NCBI GenBank assembly: GCA_014799685.1
Contig: JAAVHN010000018.1
Coordinates: 85,857-149,856 of the forward strand
Origin: Subdoligranulum sp.
GTDB taxonomy: Bacteria; Bacillota; Clostridia; Oscillospirales; Ruminococcaceae
Direction of reading: 5' to 3'
Length of the DNA stretch: 64,000 bases
Shown: piece by piece, positions 44,838 to 53,163 of the stretch
How positions within the stretch are numbered: the stretch's first letter is position 1
Layout of the letters: each line of letters opens with the position of its first letter
Translations under genes and position numbers: made by a program
Notes under the pieces: model-generated
What the model was told of the DNA's origin: nothing
What the model saw: the letters and a program-made list of their open reading frames with translations, nothing else
Database searches by the model: none

Positions 44838-46823
44838 ATGCAGCCGATCGTGCACGATCCACAACAAAAGTTTCTCGCGCAGCTTGCCCGGGAGTATCCC
44901 ACCGTCGCGGCGGCCTCCAGCGAGATCATCAACCTGCAGGCGATCCTGCGCCTGCCCAAATCCACCGAGCACTTTATGAGCGACCTGCACGGCGAGGCCG
45001 ACGCGTTCACGCACATCCTCGGCAACGCCTCGGGCGTCATCCGGGAAAAGGTCGACCGCGTGCTGGCAAACGAATTATCCGCCGCCGAGCGCGCCGAATT
45101 TGCCACGCTCATCTACTACCCCGCACAAAAGCTGGCGCAGCTGAAGCCCCGGCAGACGGATCTTGCCGCCTGGTACCGGCTGACGCTGTACCGGCTGATC
45201 GACGTGTTCCGCATGACGGCCTCGAAGCACACGCGCAGCTTTGTGCGCAAATGCCTGCCGGAGGGCTTCGCCTATATTTTGGACGAGCTGCTGCACGCGC
45301 ACTTTGAGGATCACGACAAGGAGCTCTACTACGGCAGCATCGTCGATTCCATCGTGGACGTCGGCCGCGCGGACGATTTCATCGTCGCGCTCGCGCAGCT
45401 CATCCAGCGCATGGCCGTGTTCCGCCTGCACATCGTGGGCGACATCTTTGACCGCGGCGCGCGGCCGGATGTGATTTTGGATAAGCTGATGCGCCACCAC
45501 GCGGTGGATATCCAGTGGGGCAACCACGATGTGGAATGGATGGGCGCGGCGGCCGGCAGCGACGCGTGCGTGGCCAGCGTCGTGCACGTGACGCTCAGCT
45601 ATAATAATTTGGAGACGTTAGAGGACGGCTACGGCATCAGCCTGCGGCCGCTCTCGCAATTTGCCGAGGAAGTCTACCGCGATACGGACGTCTCCGGCTT
45701 CTGGCCGAAGCTGACGGAGGCGGGCGAGTATTCCCCGGCGGATCTTGCCCGCACCGCGCGCATGCACAAGGCCATCGCCGTAATGCTGTTCAAGGCAGAA
45801 TGCGCGCTCATCGACCGCAACCCGGATTTCGGCATGCAAAGCCGCGCGCTGCTGCGGCGCGTGAATTTCGTCACGCAGACGATCGAGATCGACGGCGCGG
45901 AATACCACATGAAGGACTGCGATTTCCCCACCGTCGACCCCGCCGACCCCGCCGCGATGACGCCCGGCGAGCGCGACGTACTGGACAAGCTGTGCCAGAG
46001 CTTTATGCAGAGCGACAAGCTGGCGCGCCATGTGCGGTTCCTGTACGCCAAGGGCAGCGTCTACCACATGGAGAACAACAACCTGCTGTTCCACGGCGCG
46101 GTACCGCTGGACGAAACCGGACAGCTGGCCGGGGTGGAATACGGCGGGCGGCGTTATGCCGGCCGCGCGTGGATGGATCAATGCGAGCGCATGGCGCGGC
46201 AGGGGTATTTTGCCCCGGCGGGCAGCGCGGCCCGGCAGCGCGGGCAGGATTTTCTCTATTATCTATGGTGCGGGCCGCTCTCGCCCATCTTCGGGCGCGA
46301 CCGCATGGCCACGTTTGAGCACCTCTTTGTAGACGGCGAATTTTCCGAGCGCAAAAACCCCTATTATCTGTACATCGAAAACGAGGATGAGGCCATCGCG
46401 CTGCAAACCGCCCGGCTGATTTTCGACGAATTCGGGCTTGATTTTGAGAACGGACACATCATCAACGGGCACATTCCGGTGCGCGCGGCCAGCGGCGAAC
46501 AGCCCGTGAAGGCGGGCGGCAAGCTGATCGTGATCGACGGCGGCTTCTGCAAGGCGTACCACCGGCGCACGGGCATCGCGGGGTACACGCTGATCGCGTC
46601 GTCGCGCGGGCTTTCGCTGCGCAGCCACGGCCCGTTCGAGAGCACCCAGAAAGCCATCTCGGAGAACCTCGACATTTTATCCACCACGGATATGTTCGAG
46701 CCGAGCGGCAAGCGCGTCTATGTGGCGGATACCGACGAGGGCGCGGGCATGAAAGAGCGCATCGCCGATTTGAAGCAGCTGCTCGCCGCCTACGCGGACG
46801 GCAGCATCAAGGAACAGGCGTGA
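44838..46823 (+). CDS. fbp: class 3 fructose-1,6-bisphosphatase
   Basis: MQPIVHDPQQKFLAQLAREYPTVAAASSEIINLQAILRLPKSTEHFMSDLHGEADAFTHIL...HIVGDIFDRGARPD...WGNHD... 661 aa, the Firmicutes Fbp type. ATG 44838 follows GGGAGGGA. Confidence 0.93.
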   Translation: MQPIVHDPQQKFLAQLAREYPTVAAASSEIINLQAILRLPKSTEHFMSDLHGEADAFTHILGNASGVIREKVDRVLANELSAAERAEFATLIYYPAQKLAQLKPRQTDLAAWYRLTLYRLIDVFRMTASKHTRSFVRKCLPEGFAYILDELLHAHFEDHDKELYYGSIVDSIVDVGRADDFIVALAQLIQRMAVFRLHIVGDIFDRGARPDVILDKLMRHHAVDIQWGNHDVEWMGAAAGSDACVASVVHVTLSYNNLETLEDGYGISLRPLSQFAEEVYRDTDVSGFWPKLTEAGEYSPADLARTARMHKAIAVMLFKAECALIDRNPDFGMQSRALLRRVNFVTQTIEIDGAEYHMKDCDFPTVDPADPAAMTPGERDVLDKLCQSFMQSDKLARHVRFLYAKGSVYHMENNNLLFHGAVPLDETGQLAGVEYGGRRYAGRAWMDQCERMARQGYFAPAGSAARQRGQDFLYYLWCGPLSPIFGRDRMATFEHLFVDGEFSERKNPYYLYIENEDEAIALQTARLIFDEFGLDFENGHIINGHIPVRAASGEQPVKAGGKLIVIDGGFCKAYHRRTGIAGYTLIASSRGLSLRSHGPFESTQKAISENLDILSTTDMFEPSGKRVYVADTDEGAGMKERIADLKQLLAAYADGSIKEQA

Positions 46824-46927
46824 CACAAACAGCGCGATTTCTCCGCCCGGCACGCGAGCGTTCCCCAGGCGGCAGAATAAACGCCGCTCGTCGTCTTTTC
46901 ATTTACGACATTCAGGAGGACTTTATC

Positions 46928-47716
46928 ATGCAGCAACCAAAACCCGGCACGGCGCTCGTATTTGAGGCGTGCGAAAATTTCCGCGAGCTGGGCGGATACA
47001 CCGGCTGCGGCGGCAAACATGTGCGGTACGGCGTCTTTTACCGCGCCCCCGCGCTGGCCAACATCCATACCCCGGCCGACCGCGAGCATTTTCTCTCTCT
47101 CGGCATCCGCACGGCGTTCGATTTCCGCTCCGGGGCCGAGCGCGCCCTCACGCCGGACCCGGAATTTCCGGGCGTAAAGAACATCGCGATCAACGCCCTG
47201 TTCGCCCCGGACGGCAGCGAACAGAACTTTGATTTGGAGGAAATCGTGCGCACCGAGGAGGGCATGCGCCTTTTGACGGACGGCGTACATGAAAGCTACG
47301 TGCGCATGCCGTTTGAGAACCCCGCCTACAAGGCGCTGTTCGCGGCCATCCTCGCGGGCGAAACGCCGGTGCTCTTTCACTGCACCGCCGGCAAGGACCG
47401 CACGGGCGTCGCCGCCGCGCTCATCCTGCGCACGCTCGGCGTCTCGCGCGAGGACATCCTCGCTGATTATCTCTTGACAAACGAATACCGCGCCCGATCG
47501 AGCGCGGCGTTTTGTAAAACGCTCGAGCAGATGGGCGTGCCCGCGCCCAAAGCCGCCGAGGTGGCGCGCGTGGGCTGCTGCGTGCGGCGCGAAAGCCTCG
47601 AGAGCGCGCTGGATATCATCGACGCGCGCTATCCCCGCTTTGAGGATTATCTGGCCGAACAGCTCGACGTGGACGCGGCCGCGCTTGCCGGCTTGCGCGA
47701 GCGGTATTTGGCGTGA
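46928..47716 (+). CDS. protein-tyrosine phosphatase family protein (Y_phosphatase3-like)
   Basis: MQQPKPGTALVFEACENFRELGGY...VLFHCTAGKDRTGVAAALIL (HCxxGxxRT P-loop). ATG 46928 follows CAGGAGGA. Confidence 0.85.
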   Translation: MQQPKPGTALVFEACENFRELGGYTGCGGKHVRYGVFYRAPALANIHTPADREHFLSLGIRTAFDFRSGAERALTPDPEFPGVKNIAINALFAPDGSEQNFDLEEIVRTEEGMRLLTDGVHESYVRMPFENPAYKALFAAILAGETPVLFHCTAGKDRTGVAAALILRTLGVSREDILADYLLTNEYRARSSAAFCKTLEQMGVPAPKAAEVARVGCCVRRESLESALDIIDARYPRFEDYLAEQLDVDAAALAGLRERYLA

Positions 47717-47993
47717 TCCATTTTCCTGCCGCCGGCCGGATGCCGGAATCACAGCCTGCGCTGTCGCCGCCGGCCGGAATTTCGGGAAAGCAAACCTTCC
47801 CGCCGGCCGCGGGCGGGAAGCAAGCCGCCCTGCTGCCGGCCAAAGCATCCAAAGCAACTGCCGCGCTGCCGGCCGGCGTCAAATACCCGGCGGTATTCAA
47901 AATCGATTTTCTCTCAAAAATGTGTTGCTCTGCAAGGTTTTCCCCTGTACAGCAGCGCGTTTTTCTTTTAACGAAATTTTTATCCTGCGGCCC

Positions 47994-48044
47994 TTGACAA
48001 ATGATTCTACAGGCTGTAGTATATATTTATACTACAGCCTGTAG
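47994..48044 (+). promoter_or_regulatory. promoter plus perfect 38-bp palindromic operator for blaI/blaR1-like operon 2
   Basis: TTGACA (47994-47999), 17 nt, TAGTAT. CTACAGGCTGTAGTATA (48007-48023) is the exact inverted repeat of TATACTACAGCCTGTAG (48028-48044). Each arm contains a TACA-N3-TGTA box of the kind bound by BlaI/MecI repressors. Confidence 0.7.
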
Positions 48045-48059
48045 AACGAGGTGTTCCCT

Positions 48060-48419
48060 ATGACGGATTTTAAAATCGGTTCTGCCGAGGCGCGCTTTGC
48101 CGATTTGATCTGGGCGCATGAACCGATCGCGTCCGGGCAGCTGGCAAAGCTGGGCGCCGCCGAATTTTCCTGGAAGAAAACCACGTCGTTCACGGTGCTG
48201 AAGCGCTTGTGCGACCGGGGCCTTTTTCAGAACGAAAACGGCACCGTCACCTCGCTTGTTTCGCGCCAGGAATTTTACGCCCGGCACGGCGAACAGGTCG
48301 TGGCTGGGGGCTTTGGCGGCTCGCTTCCCGCTTTTGTGGCCGCCTTCGGCTCCCGGAACAAGCTCTCGGACGCCGAAATCGAAGAACTGGAAAAGATCAT
48401 CGAAAGCATGAGGGAGTGA
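48060..48419 (+). CDS. BlaI/MecI/CopY family transcriptional repressor
   Basis: MTDFKIGSAEARFADLIWAHEPIASGQLAKLGAAEFSWKKTTSFTVLKRLCDRGLFQNENGTVTSLVSRQEFYA... ATG 48060 follows GAGGTG. Confidence 0.85.
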   Translation: MTDFKIGSAEARFADLIWAHEPIASGQLAKLGAAEFSWKKTTSFTVLKRLCDRGLFQNENGTVTSLVSRQEFYARHGEQVVAGGFGGSLPAFVAAFGSRNKLSDAEIEELEKIIESMRE

Positions 48420-48423
48420 TCGT

Positions 48424-50439
48424 ATGCCCGCAAATCTTTTTATCCGCATCCTCGATATGAGCAAAACGGCCGGTGTCGTGATCCTTTTCGTGCTCGCGGC
48501 GCGGCTGCTTTTGAAAAAGGCGCCGAAGTGGATCTCCTACGCCCTGTGGGCGGTAGTGCTGTTCCGCCTGCTCTGCCCGCTGTCCGTTGAGTCGCCCGTG
48601 AGCATCGTTCCCGCAATGACACCTGCCGCGCAGAATTACCGCCTTGCGGACGAGCCGGTCTCCCCCGCCGGCGCAGGGCTCGCCGCGTACCGTGCCGTCG
48701 GCGACGCGCTGAACGGCGGGCTGGGCACCCAGTATATCCGGACGACCGAGACGGACGAAAACGGATCGCCCCGGTATGTGACCGCCGACTGGTGGAGCGT
48801 CTGGATCCTGTTCGGGCAATATGTCTGGCTCGCGGGCATCGCCGTGATGCTGCTGCGCAGCGTTATTTCGTATGCGAAGCTCCGCCGAAAACTCCGGATT
48901 TCCATCCCGCTGCGGGACAATATCTATCTTGCGGACGATATCGAATCGCCCTTTGTGATCGGGCTGCTCTGTCCGAGGATCTATCTTCCCTGCGGCCTCG
49001 ACGAAAAAGAACAGGCGTATATCCTTCTGCACGAGCAGTACCACATCGAGCGAAAAGACCACATCTGGAAGGCATTGGCGTTTCTGGCGCTGTGCCTCCA
49101 CTGGTTCAACCCGCTGGTGTGGCTGGCCTTTGTGCTGGCGAGCAGGGATATGGAAATGAGCTGCGACGAGGCCGTGCTGCGCGGGGTGGGCGATGACATC
49201 CGGTCCGGATACGCCGCCTCGCTTCTGGCGCTCGCCACCGGCCGCCGCATCATCGCCGGAACGCCGCTCGGCTTTGGAGAGGGAAACGCAAAGCAGCGCA
49301 TCCGGAATCTGGGGAAATGGAAGCAGCCCGTCCTCTGGGCCGTGATCGCCGCGGCAGCCGCCGCGCTTTTGCTCACGGTGTGCCTTGCCACAAACCCGGC
49401 CGGCGGCAGCGGGAAAACGCAGGAGCTCACCGGCCTTGTCACAGGGATTCGGACAGACGAAAACGGCGATTTGACGGCCATTGTGCTCCAAACGAGCGGC
49501 GGGAAGGAAACCGGCATCCTGCTTACAGAAGAAACCATCGCGTTCCCGCCGGGAAGCGGCGCCTGGACTTCGGAGGAAGGGCGCGCCGCATTCCGGGCGG
49601 CGCTCGCGCCGGACAGCCTGATCATCGCCGACTGCACCCGCGGCAAGCATACGCTTGCCGCAGACGGCGGCGCGCAAATCGCCGCCTATGAGGCGCGCAG
49701 GATCCAAATCAGCGGGCAGCTTCTCCGCGGCGCCGCCGCTGCGCAGGACGGGACAATTCTTGATGTGCTGGAGGACAATATCTGGCAGCGCCGCACCTAT
49801 CAGCTGGCAGACGGAACCGAGCTGCTGCAGGTAAACGCCCCGCACGGCCCCCAAAACAGTTATGTGGGTGGCGTCGAGGGCTTTGAGACCCTGAGCGAAA
49901 CAGCGCAGGAACAATTGGCCGCTTTTTATAACAGCCGCGGCCTGCTGTATGACGAACAGGATGTACTGGAACAGGTCTATTCCCTCTACCAGCAGTTGGG
50001 CGCGGATTTTCGCCCCGGCCTTGTGGAACAAAGCGTTTCCGCCTGTGCCTCCAATGACCGGATCCTCTATTTCCTCACCGCCGTCACCCTGCCCACCGGC
50101 CGGGAAAACGGGAATATTTGCTGGGAGGTTCGCCTGTGCGACGCCTTCGACCGGGAGACAGGCGCGCGCATCGACACCTGGGATCTGTTCACCGCGCCCA
50201 AAGAGACGGTGATACAGGCCCTGCTGGATGCAGGCGGTATCACCGGCTATCCCCTGCGGGCCGAAATGGAGGCCGCCGTCTGGGACGGGCAAATCATTTT
50301 CTTTCCCGACGGCATCTCGGTAGAGTTTGCGCCGGGCGCGCTGCCCGGCGAGCCGAATACTGTTGGCTTTGGCGTAGACTACACGCCTGTGATCCGGGCG
50401 CTGCTGCAGGATTGGGCCATACCGGATGGCCGCGGTTGA
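48424..50439 (+). CDS. BlaR1/MecR1-like M56 family membrane metalloprotease with a roughly 330-aa uncharacterised extracytoplasmic domain
   Basis: 671 aa. TMs, HExxH (LLHEQYHIERKDH), later TM (PVLWAVIAAAAAALLLTVC), then a C-terminal domain with no SxxK/PBP-like motifs that I can see. Confidence 0.85.
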   Translation: MPANLFIRILDMSKTAGVVILFVLAARLLLKKAPKWISYALWAVVLFRLLCPLSVESPVSIVPAMTPAAQNYRLADEPVSPAGAGLAAYRAVGDALNGGLGTQYIRTTETDENGSPRYVTADWWSVWILFGQYVWLAGIAVMLLRSVISYAKLRRKLRISIPLRDNIYLADDIESPFVIGLLCPRIYLPCGLDEKEQAYILLHEQYHIERKDHIWKALAFLALCLHWFNPLVWLAFVLASRDMEMSCDEAVLRGVGDDIRSGYAASLLALATGRRIIAGTPLGFGEGNAKQRIRNLGKWKQPVLWAVIAAAAAALLLTVCLATNPAGGSGKTQELTGLVTGIRTDENGDLTAIVLQTSGGKETGILLTEETIAFPPGSGAWTSEEGRAAFRAALAPDSLIIADCTRGKHTLAADGGAQIAAYEARRIQISGQLLRGAAAAQDGTILDVLEDNIWQRRTYQLADGTELLQVNAPHGPQNSYVGGVEGFETLSETAQEQLAAFYNSRGLLYDEQDVLEQVYSLYQQLGADFRPGLVEQSVSACASNDRILYFLTAVTLPTGRENGNICWEVRLCDAFDRETGARIDTWDLFTAPKETVIQALLDAGGITGYPLRAEMEAAVWDGQIIFFPDGISVEFAPGALPGEPNTVGFGVDYTPVIRALLQDWAIPDGRG

Positions 50440-50768
50440 ACCGAACTTCCTTTTTTGGCAAGGACGGTTTCAATATCTCTGCCGCTATAAAGCACACGGA
50501 TGATGCTGACAGTCTTCTGCTCTGAATTTGGAATGTAAAACACGCAATACTTGCCCACAACCATAACACGCATTCCCCGGCTGAGCCAAGGCTCGTGCTG
50601 ATACCGATGGTACCGTTCCGGCATCTGATCCAGCGAAAAGATCTTACATTCCAACCGGGCAAACACGTTTTCCGCACTTTCAACCGAATGCAGTTCTGTC
50701 GCGATGTGTTCAAAAATCTCCCGTAAATCGGCATCAGCTTGCCGGGTAATCTCAACGGAATAATTTAT
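50379..50768 (-). CDS. RelE/ParE family type II toxin, with no canonical start codon in the homologous frame (possible 1-nt frameshift near the start)
   Basis: Frame of ORF 50379-50666, extended upstream: (I)NYSVEITRQADADLREIFEHIATELHSVESAENVFARLECKIFSLDQMPERYH...YCVFYIPNSEQKTVSIIRVLYSGRDIETVL. The only nearby ATG (50775-50773, overlapping the antitoxin stop) is in the +1 frame and stops after 8 codons. Confidence 0.6.
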   Translation of the reverse strand: MNYSVEITRQADADLREIFEHIATELHSVESAENVFARLECKIFSLDQMPERYHRYQHEPWLSRGMRVMVVGKYCVFYIPNSEQKTVSIIRVLYSGRDIETVLAKKGSSVQPRPSGMAQSCSSARITGV

Positions 50769-51055
50769 ACCCCATAATCCTTTCGGATGTCTGCAAATAC
50801 CTGTACAGCCGGTTTCACCCGTCCGGCCATCAGATCTTCATAGCCCTTTTCCAGTTCGGCATCCAGCTCGGCCGCACTCATTTGCCCCAGATCCGGCAGC
50901 TTCATCGAAAACGGGATACCGCGCTGCAGGATAATCTGCCGGTAAAACATATTGATTGCACTGGATACCGAAATGCCCAAGGTATCCAAAATCGCCTCGG
51001 CCTGCTCTTTGATATCCGGCTCAATGCGCGCGTACAAATTTCCTGTTTTTGCCAT
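50765..51055 (-). CDS. RelB/DinJ family type II antitoxin
   Basis: MAKTGNLYARIEPDIKEQAEAILDTLGISVSSAINMFYRQIILQRGIPFSMKLP... a ribbon-helix-helix DinJ-type N-terminus. RBS AAAGGAG. Confidence 0.85.
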   Translation of the reverse strand: MAKTGNLYARIEPDIKEQAEAILDTLGISVSSAINMFYRQIILQRGIPFSMKLPDLGQMSAAELDAELEKGYEDLMAGRVKPAVQVFADIRKDYGV

Positions 51056-51094
51056 ATTCGGTTCGAACTCCTTTCATTTTTGGGCTTTATTCAT

Positions 51095-51123
51095 AGTATA
51101 TCATTTTGTACGTACATTCGCAA
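51095..51123 (-). promoter_or_regulatory. promoter of the relB/parE module with a palindromic operator in the spacer
   Basis: Minus strand reads TTGCGA (51118-51123), 17 nt, TATACT (51095-51100). The perfect 10-bp palindrome TGTACGTACA (51107-51116) sits inside the spacer. Confidence 0.55.
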
Positions 51124-51162
51124 TACATTTTTGAAATAGGGTATCAGTCAGGAAAAATCAAG

Positions 51163-51211
51163 TATAACACAAAATCCGAACCCGTCGCCAACTGGCAAAA
51201 GGTTCGGATTT
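51163..51211 (-). terminator. rho-independent terminator downstream of the tRNA
   Basis: Minus strand reads AAATCCGAACC ... GGTTCGGATTT followed by TGTGTT. Confidence 0.55.
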
Positions 51212-51219
51212 CGCTTGTG

Positions 51220-51296
51220 TGGTGGGGTCTCAGGGGCTCGAACCCTGGACCGGCCGGGTATGAGCCGGCTGCTCTAACCAACTGAGCTAAGACCCC
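51220..51296 (-). tRNA. tRNA with CAT anticodon: elongator tRNA-Met, or tRNA-Ile2 if lysidine-modified; CCA encoded
   Basis: Minus strand reads GGGGTCTTAGCTCAGTTGGTTAGAGCAGCCGGCTCATACCCGGCCGGTCCAGGGTTCGAGCCCCTGAGACCCCACCA. It folds into a full cloverleaf: 7-bp acceptor, GCTC/GAGC D stem, GCCGG/CCGGC anticodon stem with loop CTCATAC, and CAGGG/CCCTG T stem with TTCGAGC loop. G1-C72 pairing excludes an initiator tRNA. Confidence 0.93.
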
Positions 51297-51578
51297 ATGC
51301 TGATTTGTGTAATCATTATACAACTTTTTCTCCAAAAAGAAAAGCCCTATTTTTCAACGCGCCCAAAACGCGCCCAAAATACTGTTTTTCGCACCTAAAA
51401 CAGCCGGGGCCGGGAGACACGTCGGGGCGCGTCGAATGCTCCCTTCAGCATTCGATCCCCCCCGTACTTTAACCCCCGTCTGTACGCAAAAAACCTTGCA
51501 TGGGAACTGGCTGCAGGGAATTCAATCGATGCGCAAATCGACGGTCTACGCCGACGGTCTGTGCGCCGAATCTATCAT

Positions 51579-51607
51579 TTGCACCGTCCCCCGCTTTATG
51601 ATATACT
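51579..51607 (+). promoter_or_regulatory. extended -10 promoter upstream of the GH88 gene
   Basis: TTGCAC (51579-51584), 17 nt, TG-A-TATACT (-10 at 51602-51607). A GC-rich hairpin (GGCCGCAGGGCCCG/CGGGCCTGCGGCC, about 51640-51673) follows in the 5' UTR. Confidence 0.45.
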
Positions 51608-51718
51608 GATACCATACGAAACAGCAACCCGGGAAACGGACGCAGCGGCCGCAGGGCCCGCACGGGCCTGCGGCCATGATCATAAAAAGCACGCAAAAAA
51701 ACAACAAGGAGGCAAAAC

Positions 51719-52906
51719 ATGGAAAATCGAGCGGCGGCATGCTCCGACCGGGAGTGGCTGGAACAGGTTTACGGGAAGCTGGCGGTGAAAATGAAGGCAC
51801 AGTGCGAACGCATCGGCAGCAGCATCCCTTACACCACCGGCAAGGACGGAAAGTATCACGACATTGAAGAGGGGCCCTGGGGCATCGGCTTCTGGACGAA
51901 CGGCTTTTGGCCCGGCATGCTGTGGCAGATGTATGAGGCCACCGGCGACGAGGCATACCGCAAGGCTGCCGCCGGCGTGGAGGAGCGGCTGGATGTGCTG
52001 CTGAAAAGCTGCGAGACGGTGGACCACGACGTGGGCTTCCTGTTTTTGCCCTCCGCCGTGGCCAACTACCGCAAAACCGGCGACGCCGAGGCCCGGCGCC
52101 GGGGATTGCTGGCGGCAAGCCTGCTGGCCTCGCGCTACAATCTGGACGGAAAATTCATCCGCGCCTGGCCCGATGCGATGGGCAAAATGGCCGAGATGAT
52201 GGGCGGAGGCGACGTGCGCGGCTGGATGATCATCGACTGCATGATGAACATTCCCCTGCTGTACTGGGCCAGTGAGGAGACCGGCGATCCCCGCTTCAAA
52301 AAGATCGCCGTCAACCACGCCAAGACCGCGCAGCAGTATATCGTCCGGCCCGACGGCAGCTGCAACCACATCGTCGCGTTCGACCCGGAGACGGGCGAAT
52401 ATTTGAACAACCCCGGCGGGCAGGGGTATGCGACGGGGTCGTCCTGGAGCAGGGGTCAATCCTGGGCCGTGTACGGCTTTGCTTTAAGCTACCGGCACAC
52501 GGGGGACGAATCCTTCCTGAATACCGCCAAGCAATGCGCCCATTACTGCATCGCCAACATGGCCGTGAACGACTGGCTGCCGCTGGTGGATTACCGCGCG
52601 CCGGCCGAGCCGGTGAAATACGATTCCACCGCCGCCATGTGCACCGCCTGCGGCCTTTTGGAGATCGCCGAACATGTGAGCGAGCATGAGAAGCCGTTCT
52701 ACACCAAAGCGGCCTGCCGCATCCTGCGCGCCTGCGAAGAAAAATTTGCCAATTGGGATCCACAGCAGGATTCCATCCTCACCGGCGGCACGTTTTTCTA
52801 TCACGACCCCACCGGAGAGAACACCGAGGTGCCCATCATTTACGCCGACTACTATTTCATCGAGGCCGTTCTGCGCCTGAAGGGGAACGCCCTGTTTCTG
52901 TGGTGA
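51719..52906 (+). CDS. glycoside hydrolase family 88 (unsaturated glucuronyl hydrolase-like)
   Basis: 395 aa: ...GFWTNGFWPGMLWQMYEATGD...HDVGFLF...IIDCMMNIPLLYWA...PDGSCNHIVAFDPETGE...QGYATGSSWSRGQSWAVYGF...IYADYYFIEA, the (alpha/alpha)6 UGL signature. Confidence 0.85.
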   Translation: MENRAAACSDREWLEQVYGKLAVKMKAQCERIGSSIPYTTGKDGKYHDIEEGPWGIGFWTNGFWPGMLWQMYEATGDEAYRKAAAGVEERLDVLLKSCETVDHDVGFLFLPSAVANYRKTGDAEARRRGLLAASLLASRYNLDGKFIRAWPDAMGKMAEMMGGGDVRGWMIIDCMMNIPLLYWASEETGDPRFKKIAVNHAKTAQQYIVRPDGSCNHIVAFDPETGEYLNNPGGQGYATGSSWSRGQSWAVYGFALSYRHTGDESFLNTAKQCAHYCIANMAVNDWLPLVDYRAPAEPVKYDSTAAMCTACGLLEIAEHVSEHEKPFYTKAACRILRACEEKFANWDPQQDSILTGGTFFYHDPTGENTEVPIIYADYYFIEAVLRLKGNALFLW

Positions 52907-53163
52907 CCGTTCCCGTAACGACCGCTTGCGCGGCGGCTGTTTGCGCAGCGATCCGAACGGAACAGAGGCTGCCCGGCGGCGCAAAAAACGCGACAGATAC
53001 GCTCTGAAAAAGGATCCCTATCCGGTTTTGGAGCGCCCCGGCAGGAAGTGTTCCGGTAATCACATCGCTCTCTTGCCGGAATTTTTGCGGCGGCAGTCCG
53101 TCACCGGATCGGGCATCCGGGGGGGATCTAACTCCAAATCCGATTTGCAAAGGGGTTGCTTTG

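Noticed and set aside
48397-50292. 631-aa minus-strand ORF
   Set aside because: It is antisense to the BlaI/M56 operon 2 genes and has no recognisable motifs. The same reasoning applies to 38898-39830, 39834-40961, 21162-22751, 19795-21330, 35481-36776 and 60341-61771.
51144-51335. 63-aa ORF on the minus strand
   Set aside because: It is entirely explained by the tRNA(CAT) gene and its flanks.
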